A stretch of DNA of 64,000 nt from Vitrella brassicaformis CCMP3155 (lineage: Eukaryota > Protista > Chromerida), in assembly GCA_001179505.1 (NCBI GenBank), contig CDMY01000821.1:1-64000 (forward strand), written 5' to 3'. The position numbers and the translations under genes are program-made. Numbering within the stretch: position 1 is the stretch's first letter; every line of letters begins with the position of its first letter. Below, piece by piece: positions 36,221 through 46,863 of the stretch. The notes under the pieces were generated by a model. It did no database searches. It was not told where the DNA came from and saw only the letters and a list, made by a program, of their open reading frames with translations.

Positions 36221-37850
36221 CTATCTGCCACGGTTCAGGTCACGCTCGATCATTGCGAACTCCTGCAGTCAGCCAAAGACACGAACAAGGGCTGTGAGTG
36301 AGCGAGTGAGTGTGTGTGTCAGTGTGGGGTGTGGAAGTGCGTGACGTGCCTGCATGAGCCTCTTTCGCCGTTTCTCAGGCAGCGGCACCTTGTAGCCGTA
36401 CGACTGGTAGTGACCTGCATCCATACCATACACGCACCAAACACAGCACAGCCGATGACAGACAGAGGGAATGGATGGAATACAACACACTCAAAGCTCT
36501 GGGTCAGCCACCCATCCCTCCCTCCCTGGCTGGCTGGCTGATGGACCGACCGGCCATGACATTGATGGCCGTGTACATGTTGGAGAAGGACGTACGACCA
36601 CTCACAGCGCTGAACCACACGAGAGCCAACCACACACACAATACAGCCAATGGGGCGACCCTCCCCTGGTCAATGCATTCCTTCACTTCACTGCGCTGTC
36701 TGTCTGTCTGTCTGTCTGTGTGTCTGACTTGAATCTTCTGTAATATGAGAAGAAGTCGGTCATTTCCTTCTTGAGGCCCTCGTTGATGAGCTCCATGTCG
36801 GGGTCCCCCTTGACCTGCAGCGTCGCGTACTTCATGTGGTTCAACACCTGACGCGCGTCGTCCTTGTAGTTCTTCTTAGATATCCCGAACTCAGACACCT
36901 CCGGCTTCGGACCCTTCTCGTACACGGGCACAGCCGGCGGCGGGGCCACCGGGGCGGCTGCCTCCTCTGAATATACCGAATCAATCAGCCAGCCACAGGG
37001 GGGGGGGGGGGGGCCAAAANNNNNNNNNNNNNNNNNNNNNNNNNNNNNNNNNNNNNNNNNNNNNNNNNNNNNNNNNNNNNNNNNNNNNNNNNNNNNNNNN
37101 NNNNNNNNNNNNNNNNNNNNNNNNNNNNNNNNNNNNNNNNNNNNNNNNNNNNNNNNNNNNNNNNNNNNNNNNNNNNNNNNNNNNNNNNNNNNNNNNNNNN
37201 NNNNNNNNNNNNNNNNNNNNNNNNNNNNNNNNNNNNNNNNNNNNNNNNNNNNNNNNNNNNNNNNNNNNNNNNNNNNNNNNNNNNNNNNNNNNNNNNNNNN
37301 NNNNNNNNNNNNNNNNNNNGGGGGGGGGGGGGGGGCCAAACAGTCAGTCAATGTGGGTTTGGTTTGTGTGCTTCCTTCGTGACGTACGTGCGAGGGCCTC
37401 CTCTTGCGTGAGTATAAGTGGCAGGCCGCCCATGATGCTCGCCAGCCCCGTCAGGGCGGCACGCTCCACCCACACAGACCGACGGCCACACGGAGTGCTA
37501 GCGGTACCCTCCTGGGTGGGGTGAGTGACACACAGGCGCAAACAGATAGATACACAGATGCAGCATTCCATTCACGCACGCCAGCCCAACAGCTCTGTTC
37601 CTCCGATATTCTCTCAGTACTTGCAGGTTGGCGGCGCCCATGGTGGTGGTGTGTGGCCGCGCCGCTCGCAGGCTGGGCTGCGCTGCACCAGATCTCTGCA
37701 GCACCAACCAACCAAGGATCAATCAGTGGGAATGAGTGATCTGATGCTGCTGGTGCGTACCCGGTCTGTGTGGATGGCTGGCGCCACAGAGAATCCCTCC
37801 ACTCCCACCGATGCCGCAGCGACGAGGCATACCGCTGCTGCGCACCTCAT
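36221..37850 (-). CDS. psb27: Photosystem II assembly factor Psb27, thylakoid-lumen precursor
   Basis: C-terminus YYRRFN|AVSGRTSFSNMYTAINVMA|GHYQSYGYKVPLPEKRRKRLMQ|EFAMIERDLNRGR* matches the Psb27 family. Leader comprises a signal peptide (MRCAAAVCLVAAASVGVEG/F), a transit peptide and a twin-Arg signal (GRRSV...EEALA). Confidence 0.92.
37020..37319. other. Assembly gap (300 N) inside a Psb27 intron
   Basis: Run of N; both flanks carry poly-G followed by ccaaa. Confidence 1.
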
Positions 37851-37980
37851 CACGAGACAGTCTTGCCTTCCCATCTTGCTTACTTACACCAATCTCTCTG
37901 GTAGATAATCACCAATGCAACGCCCCAAGGAAGTGCCGGCAGTGCGAGCCTTCTGCGAGCTTAGCTGCAAGGCTCAAAAA

Positions 37981-38000
37981 TTTAGGGTTTTAGGGGTTTT
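37981..38000. promoter_or_regulatory. Short telomere-like repeat (tttagggttttaggggtttt) in the Psb27/channel divergent promoter
   Basis: Two TTTAGGG-like units 40 bp upstream of ATG 38040 and 130 bp from the Psb27 ATG. Confidence 0.5.
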
Positions 38001-38039
38001 CCTCTTTCTGTCCCAGTGTGTCAGCGTGTACCCTACAAG

Positions 38040-41000
38040 ATGCCCGTGTCCGAAGAGGAGGCAAAGGATCATGGAACGTGAGCATGGGACGGAGAGAGAG
38101 AAAGAGCAGACGCGACGCATTCATCAACTCATACAGACAGAGGAGAGAGGGAGAGAGAGGGCTCACATGCACACCGATGAACGAATGCCGGCCGGAAGCC
38201 ATGTGTGTCAGAGTAATTGATTGCTGTGATTGCTTCGCTATTGTTGTTTCTTGCTGCAGGTGGAGCAAAGTGCGTAGGCTGGGTGGCTATGTGCAGCATC
38301 TCATGGAAGCCGACGAAGACACCGAGCACCTCTACACTGCATCGGGCTTCCCAAAGGCAGGCAGCCACACCACACCACAGCCGAGAAGCCACCTCCTACC
38401 CTACTTTCTGTGTGTCTGTGTGTCTGTGTGTCTGCAGGGGACGGAGCAGTTCCCGCTGTGCTGCAACAACCTTGAGTTCGCCGAGCTGGGCGCGGGTTTC
38501 CCGATGTACTTTGACTTCTTGAAGCAGCTGGTGCTGCTCCTGGTGGGCTATTTCATCCTCATGGTCCCTGCCATGGTCGTCTACGGCCAAGAGAACAAAC
38601 TCAGTCACAAAGAGGACGGCTGGAAGGAAGAGTCGAGGCTCGGAGGTAGGAAGGAGTTTTGTTTGATGAGTTAATTGGTGGTTGTGTGATGTGATGTGGT
38701 GTGGTGTGTCTGCCTGGGCGTCTGTGTGTTGTAATCAGATTTGCTGACGGCGGGGAATTTGGGCAGGAACAATGAGGGCACCCAGCTGCCCACCATCGCA
38801 ATGGCATGTGTGGCCATCTTCACACTCGTCATTCGTACGTCTGTCTGCAAAATCAAGCAAACGGCACACACACATTCACACCACACCCTGCATGGCCACC
38901 ATCCCATCCACTGCTGTGTGTGCCTGTCCCTCCCTTCCCCCCTCCCTCCCTCCCTCCCTCCCTCCACATGTCCCTCTCTCTCTCCAGTTGTTCACTTCAA
39001 CCGTCGTCAGGAGTGGATGCGGCGCAGTGTTGACAAGGAGGCCTGCCACCCCAACGACTTCGCAATCATGATCAGAGGGCTCCCGCCGGACGCCATTGAC
39101 GAAGAAGAAATCAGGTAGGCAGGCAGGCAACCAAACCACACACACCAATATACATTCTGTACAGGGCAGGGAGGGACAGCAGAGCAGAGCAGGGCAGCCA
39201 ATGGGTGTCTGTCTGTCTGTCTATAGTGTGTTCTTCGAGGAGCATGCGACTCCAGGTGACGAGTCGGTGCCCGTCGTCAAGGTGGTCGTCGGCTTCGACG
39301 TCGCCGAACACTTCGCTTTACAAGAGCGGAAAAAGAAGATCGAGATCGCCATAGGCAAGAAAGCCAAACAGAAGACCAGACAGAGGGGACAGGTATGTAG
39401 GGATGGCTGCCTGCCTGCCACAGCACAATCTAGCATTGTTTTGATCGATCTTTGGTGGCATTTGAAAGTGAGTGGGTGAGTGTTGTCATGTCAATCAGTG
39501 TCTGTGCGTGTGGTCTGGTGTGCGTCAGGATCGGTCAGAGCGGACAGTGGCGGCGGACACGGATGCCGAGGGCGGTGGTGGTGCTGCCGGCGGCTGCTGC
39601 TCCTGCCTCTTCGGCGGCGAACATCTTGAGATGAGGGTCAGGCAGTCAGTCAGGCAGTTTCACGTGTGTGTGTGTGGGTGTGTGGGTGGATCCCCTTTGC
39701 CTTTGTCTTTGTGTGTGTATGTGGTGCACTGTAGGACATGTCAGCCCTGAGGGCTGAGCTGGAGAATGTCAAGGCACAGATCGCACAGATGAGCCAACTC
39801 GACTCGCAGAACACACTCAAGTTAGTACTTAAGAGAAATAGATACAAAGATCAGTCAGTCCAGCTCCTCCATGTCCCTCCCTAATGCATTCAATGTGTGC
39901 ACACGTCACTGCACTGCAGGGGGTCGGGCTACGCCATCCTCATACTCAAGAAAGAAGCGGTGCGGTGCGCACCTCACTTCCTTCTGGCCAGAGAGGCATT
40001 CTTTCCTGCATTGGTTGATGTGATCTCTCTCTGCCCATCCACACACGCGTGTCGGGCTCTTTGTTTCCTTACTTCATTTAGGATCAGCGCAGCTGTCTGG
40101 ACCGTTGGAGCAACGACTTGTGGGTGCAGCTCCATCGGCTCACCTGCGGCCTTATTCCCACAAACCTGCCCAAGTTCAGGGGCAACATCGACCTCAGGGT
40201 AGGTTTGTGAATGGCAGGCAGGCAACACACGTGCAGTGTGTGCACATATGGATGGATAGATGATTTTCCATCTCTAGTTTTTTCTTTCTCTGTGTGTGTG
40301 AGTTAAGGTTGAGCGTGCTCCGAACCCTGATGACATTGTGTGGCACAACATGGTACGTGCGGTGCGCATGGGCTCACACACACCTGTCAGGTGTGTGTGA
40401 AGACACAAATGATGGATGGATGTCCTCTCGTGCCTGGGTGTGTGGTCAGGGCTTCACTGACATGCAGCGGCTGCAGGCAAAGGTCGGACTGACTGACTGA
40501 CGGCCACCCACACACCCAACAAACATACACTGACACACACACCAAATGCTCCTCTCTCTCTCTCTCTCCCTGTGTGTGTGTGTGTGCAGCTCAAGACCTA
40601 TGGCATTGTGATCTTTCTGCTTGGGGCATCCTTCGGCGCCACCTACGGCCTCACCATCGCCAACAAAGAGCTCGTCAAGGCCGAAGTGAGTGAGCAGAGA
40701 CCCAAAGCAAACAAACAGCCAACGGCACTCTCTCCTTGTCTCCTTGTCTCCTCGTTGTTTAGCTCGGGGGAAGCATCGTGACGTTTGTGCTGTCGATGCT
40801 GCTGGTTGGCGTGATAGCAGGCATCAATGTGGGCCTCCAGTCGCTCATCTCCTACCTCGTGCCCTACCAAAGACACGTCACTGTCACCGGACGAGACGTA
40901 CGTGCGCGGGGAGGGCACGCACACACAGAGAGACAAGCCGTCACATATATACAGCTGTCCGTGTGTGTGTATGTGTGTGTGTGTTGGCCAGGCGAGCGAG

Positions 41001-43536
41001 ATGAACATGCTGACAGCGGCATTGGTGCTCAACACGGCACTCATACACTTTATCAGCAACATCAACCCCAAAGAATGGTCAGTCGCTTACCACACAACAC
41101 AACACAACACAACACAACCACAAACACCCGCACCGCATCCGCTGTGTGTCCGTCATCCCTCCCTCCCTCCCTCCCTGTCTCTCTGTCTGTCTGTCTGCAT
41201 GGGACGGGAAGGTACGCGGCAGGCGGGTTGATGCAGAACATGTTGCTGCAGCTGTGCTTCAACGCCGTCATCGTGCCCTTCTTCTATCTACTCGACCTCA
41301 CATCCTGGGTGGGTGGGCGCGGCGGTCGGTCGGTCTGTCTGTCTGTGGTTTGGCCGTTGCTGGCTGGCATGTGACTGACGACCACACCCTGTGTGTGTCA
41401 GTTCCGTCGCCTGTTGGCCAACCGGATAGTGAATAAAATTGGTGTCGAGAAGACCAAAATGACCCAGGAGCAGTTCAACAAATACTACGAAGGACCCGCC
41501 TTCGACACGAGCAGACGGTACGGTGGGGCGGTGGGAACACACACATTCCCGGCAAGCAGTACTGGTTGAGGGCTCATCTGTGTGTGTGTGTGTCAGATAT
41601 GCGAATATTCTGAAGACCTTTACGGTGACGGCCGTGTACCTGCCGGTGCTGCCCCTCGGCACCGTCGTCTCCATCTTCGCACTCATCATCATGTACTGGG
41701 TAGGGACGTATGGTGGCCACTTACACACCGACAGACAGACAGACAGACAGACACGTACCGTACATGTGAACGAACGCTCCACCATGTCACCCAACAGGTG
41801 GACAAGTTCATCCTCCTTCGGTGGTGCGTGCGCCCCTATGTGCAGTCCTCATTCCTTGCCGACAACGTACGCACACACACACAGACACATCCACACACCC
41901 GCAGGCAGCACAGGGGCACACACACACAGACGCAGGTCCGTGTGTCATTCATGCGTCCACCTGGCAGGCCAACAGGATCGTTCGTCTGGTGGCCATCTTC
42001 ATTCCTGTGTTCGCGCTGGCCTTCCTGGGGCCCTCTCTGGGCGGCGATGCGCGTCGACTGAATCGCACTCTGTGCCTCATGCTGCTGGCTGCGGCAGTGG
42101 TGCTCTTTGTCTTCCCCATCAGCTGGCAGCGACACCTTTGCCTCACATACTGGTGCCAGGTAGGTACGGTTGCAGGTCTGGTCTGTGTGGGGGCATCTGT
42201 CCCTGTCCCTGTCCCTTGTTCCGTCAGCGTCGTGTGAGCAGTGAGGTTGATGCGTTCAGCGGCGAGTCGTATTACGTGGCGCAGTACAACTGGGCGGTCA
42301 ACACGCTGTACCACACCACCAACCCCATTTACAAGGCCCTTGGGGAGGAGCTCAACCCGCCCATCCTCGCCGACCCTGACGCCGACACCGAGGACATCTC
42401 ACCTGTCGCACACAACAACAACCAGGACCAGGGTGGCGACCGGGGACACATTCTCAAGAGAAAATGTATGTCAGTCAGCAAGACAACACAACGAGAGAGA
42501 AAGGAAAGGCGTATAGTGTGTGAATCCACCGGTGTGGTGTGCGTGTACTGTGTTGTGTTGTGATGTTGGTGCACCCAGCGAGCAACATAGCGTTTCAGAG
42601 CATCGGTGCGGCTCGTCCGAGTCAGCAGCACGGCGGCAAAGCCATCCAGGGGGGGCAGATCAACTTGCAAAGCGTCATCCAACAGGTGCGGCGCGATGCG
42701 GACACACATGCCATCCACCCGTCCCGTCCACATGGATGTATGTGTGTGTGCTGTTGGGTTGGCGTCGGTTGCCTTGCCTTGCCTTGACTGCACTCACTGC
42801 AGGCGGCCTCTGCTGCTGCGACAACTCAGACCCAAGGGCTGAACTTCAGGCAGATGTACGTGGCCCAGATGCCAAACAGAATCACCAACCAGGTCAGTCG
42901 GGTAGCTTAAGCAGCTAGACATACTTGCTCCCTCCCTCCCCAGACACACACACACAGAACCACTCACACACAACCACTGCACAGGTGTAGTGTACGGATG
43001 CGTGTCTCTCTCTCTCTCTTGCTGTGCTGTGTGCAGGCTGGCCGTATGTCGACGGCCCAGCCGCCAGTGGTGAATATGGGTGGGCCGCACACTCAGGTAT
43101 ACGGCCAGCCGCAGCAGCAATTCGTCCCTCCACAGGGCGGGCCCTTCATCCACCAGCAGCAACCACACAACCCCGCCTACGTGCAGCAGCAGCAGCAGCA
43201 GCAGCAGGCGCCTCAGCCAGTGTATGTGCAGCAGCCGCCCCAGCCGGCATACGTGCAGCAGCAGCAGCAGCCGCAGTACGTGCAGCACCAGCACCAGCAG
43301 CAACCATACAACCCAACACAGGTAGGTACCGTACGAACGTACCGATTGATTAGTGAGTGAGGAAGGAGTGGATGGATGGATGGATGGATGGACATCTGTG
43401 TGTTCGGGTGGGGTGGCTGCCATATGCATGGCAGGTGTACCATCAGCCCCTGGTCTATGGGGCGCAGCAGCACCAGCAGGTGCCAATCCAGCAGCAGCAG
43501 GGGTTCCTCACCAACCAGGCGAATATGCGCAGATAG
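38040..43536 (+). CDS. CSC1/OSCA/TMEM63-like cation channel with Gln/Pro/Tyr-rich C-terminal tail
   Basis: ELGAGFPMYFDFLK, HPNDFAIMIRGLP, VVKVVVGFDV, VERAPNPDDIVWHNM, YAAGGLMQN, MTQEQFNKYYEGPAFDTSRR|YANILKT, YW|VDKFILLRWCVRP, many TM segments; stop 43534-43536. Confidence 0.82.
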
Positions 43537-44571
43537 CTGATCGATGGCGACTCCCTTGGCCATTCCCTGCATGGCTGCTGCCCCTTGTACGAATGAATGG
43601 ATCGGTGTAGTGTAATGGCGCCCCCAACGAACAGGCAGGCAGAGGTGGATGGATGGATGGATAGATGTGTGTGTATATGATGTGCTGTGCGTCTGTCTGT
43701 CTGTCTGTTGCCTGTGTGTCGGTCGATCGATGGATGGATGTACATACATCATGATGTGTGTCTGTATGCCTGGGGGCACATGGCATATGGCGGTGGTGTC
43801 TTCCTTCAATTCGCACCGCACGGTGAGACGTTCCATGGCCGCCCTATTTATTTGCTTTCCACTCGTCGATCGTGTGGACGTCTCACTGATCGGCACACAC
43901 CCGTGGGCTCCCTCCCCTGAGTGGGTGCAGACTTGAGACATGCGTCTAAATCACACTCGAGGCACACGTACGTTCATTCTTTGAGCTTCAAGGCGGTTCA
44001 ACAGAGGTTTTACAGTTTTCTTGACTTCGAACAGTCCGAATGGTCCTCTGCGAGCGAGACTCAGACGGAGACATACTGGCTGAGCTTCAGTCCTCTTGAA
44101 CGAACACAAGGTAAAGCGTTCAAGAGCTTCAGTGTGGAGTTTTCTCTTGACTATGAATTTTCTTTCTCTTTCTGCCGCCGCTGGATGCACTGTCTGTCTC
44201 GAGCTCTGCCGCACCATCTGTCTGCCTGTCGCTCTTCCGTGTGTTGGTGCGATGAGAGAGAGTTATACAGAGACATCTCGCTCGGCCCCACACACCAGAC
44301 AGACAGATGGTCAATGGATGGTGCGGCAGACCCTTGATTGCACATCGATGATAAGTGAATGCAGCCGTGCGTTGCCAGCACTGAGTCTGACAGCATGAAC
44401 ATCGTTCACGCACTCATTGCATGTACCCAAATGGTCCTTCCACCCACCCATCACGCAAAAAGCATAAGACGGTCGGTATCGACACGCCAGCCTCAGGCCC
44501 CCACCCTCGGTCGCTGAGTGACATACGTATGCGCCCCCACCATCCTTTCGCAAACCCTCCCCTCCTCCCTC

Positions 44572-44871
44572 NNNNNNNNNNNNNNNNNNNNNNNNNNNNN
44601 NNNNNNNNNNNNNNNNNNNNNNNNNNNNNNNNNNNNNNNNNNNNNNNNNNNNNNNNNNNNNNNNNNNNNNNNNNNNNNNNNNNNNNNNNNNNNNNNNNNN
44701 NNNNNNNNNNNNNNNNNNNNNNNNNNNNNNNNNNNNNNNNNNNNNNNNNNNNNNNNNNNNNNNNNNNNNNNNNNNNNNNNNNNNNNNNNNNNNNNNNNNN
44801 NNNNNNNNNNNNNNNNNNNNNNNNNNNNNNNNNNNNNNNNNNNNNNNNNNNNNNNNNNNNNNNNNNNNNNN
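44572..44871. other. Assembly gap (300 N), intergenic
   Basis: Run of N flanked by C-rich tracts. Confidence 1.
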
Positions 44872-45877
44872 ACCCCCTCCCCTCGTCACCAGCAGGCAAC
44901 TTAGAGCCGCTGAAGGCCATCTCCACATACAATAAACGACAATATACTCTCCCTCCGCACCCGACAGTCCTAGCAGGCCTCATCCGCGGCTCTCCGATGA
45001 CTATAAAATGCCGCTGCGTATGGGTGGATGGCTGCATGCTTCGACGAATGAAGGGACGGCCGGTGGGTGGATGATTGACATCCCCACCGAATGAACGGGC
45101 AAGCACACAGGGGGGTTGTCCCGCAGGGCTTCCCAGCCGCCACGACAGACAATACACACACACCTGCAGCCATGACAGACACCCAACATACACAATGATA
45201 CGCAAGTGTCGAATGGAAGTGTCGAATGCACCTTTCCCTCGCTCATGGTGCTTTCATGCAGTCTGCTCATCACTGGTTGACGGATGCACGTCATCATCAC
45301 GGCTGCGGCGCATGAACCGGAAGCCCCTCAATGGCCGATGATGCGCTCAATCATAACAACCAGCAATCGCCCCGCCCCGATGCGGCGCTGCGGCACTTCG
45401 GACGATTCCCAACCCCCTCGTTGCCCACACGGCGCTGCCAAGGCCACCCCCAACTGGCAGCCTCGTCCAGCGAGAAGTTGGTAAGCGACGAACCGCCAGC
45501 CGCCCCTCTTGTCTCTACGGATCTTCCTGGCTGCCTCCGGATCGCGAGCTGCCCTCCATCCGCTGACGGAGAGGTGCGGGGGCGGTGCAGCAGGCTGTCG
45601 GAAGAGCCACAGACCTCACCCCACCCTGATGGCCCAGCGAACCGCTGGTAGACCCTCCACGGCCGTGCGAGCACCATAATGTGGCAGGCGCTGCCGGTGA
45701 ATGGACGGCTGCATGCTTCAACGAACGAACGAACGGACGGACGGACGGATCGATGGGTGGGCGGATGGAGGGGTGGATGGAGTGAATGCAGCGCAACCGA
45801 CGAACTTGGGGGCTGGTCCGGGGGGCTGTGGCCGCCGCGACTGACGCACCCCTCTGACGTGCCCACTGGCACGCACA

Positions 45878-46397
45878 CCCTTGGACGGCAACACACCTAC
45901 AATCAATGACACGGAAGCGTAAAATACACCCTCTAGTTGCCCGTGGTCATGCAGCCTACCATACCACATTTAATGGTTTTTCCCTCCGCCGGGCGCCTCA
46001 TCGGCCGCCGACTAAGCAAACCTAAAGCCATGACCCCTGAATACACACACGAACAGATGATGAACAAATGCACCCCCCGTCATGCTGTGTGCGTCCCTGC
46101 AGCCTACCACCGTCACATCATCACGGCTGTCGATCCATCGTCCGTGCGAGGGTGCCACGAGCCCCTTGGACGGCAACACACCTACAGTCACACCCAGCCT
46201 CAATGACACGGAAGGCTCAAATGCACCGTCTAGTCGCCCGTGGCGGTCTACCTGAGGTCATCCGCCGGGCGCCTCATCGCCGCCGACGAAGCAAACCTAA
46301 AGAAAGTCGTGACCCACGACACACACACACACACACACACACGAACAGATGATGAACAAATGCACCCCCCGCGATGCTGTGCGTGTGCGTGCAGCCT
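45878..46397. repeat. Degenerate tandem duplication (two ~230-bp units)
   Basis: Units 45878-46105 and 46162-46397 share cccttggacggcaacacacctaca, tcaatgacacggaag, ccgccgggcgcctcatcg, aagcaaacctaaag and acacacacgaacagatgatgaacaaatgcacccccc. Confidence 0.88.
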
Positions 46398-46863
46398 CGC
46401 GAGGCATCCGTCCTGGACTGCCGTCCGTCCACAGAAAGCGAAAGTACCTGCACCGCACCAACGACAACCACAGACAGCACCAGCCATCCCATCGATGGCA
46501 TGGAGGTGAGATGAGCAGCCAGCCAGCCGGCCAGCCAGCCAGCCGGTGTCAGTGCAGGCCTGTCAGTAGACCCCAGTATGTACCATGCGGTCGAGTATGT
46601 TGAGACCTCAATGCTGCACATCATCACGGCCGCCGGTGCACCATCTGCAGAACATCAATCACGTCAACCGCGCGATCACGCCAACACCGATCCTCAGCGC
46701 ATCTTAGTGGCCTGCCGCTGTGCAGTCGCTCGCCGCTGTCCTCCACCACTCCGCCGCCTTAATCAGCCAGCAGCCAAGCAGCACCAGACCGCCACCGCAT
46801 CGCTGCGGCTGGTCCGCCACCTGACGAATACAAAGAGAAGGAGAGGAGCCGTTGGAGCGACCG

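Noticed and set aside
37020-37319. Possible hidden Psb27 exon or insertion in the gap
   Set aside because: Both flanks end in the same poly-G+ccaaa and the flanking exons join in frame (EEALA|QEAAAP), so the gap is probably a homopolymer assembly artefact within one intron.
45878-46397. CRISPR-like repeat-spacer array
   Set aside because: Only two long degenerate units, no constant short repeat with unique spacers, no cas genes, and a eukaryotic context.
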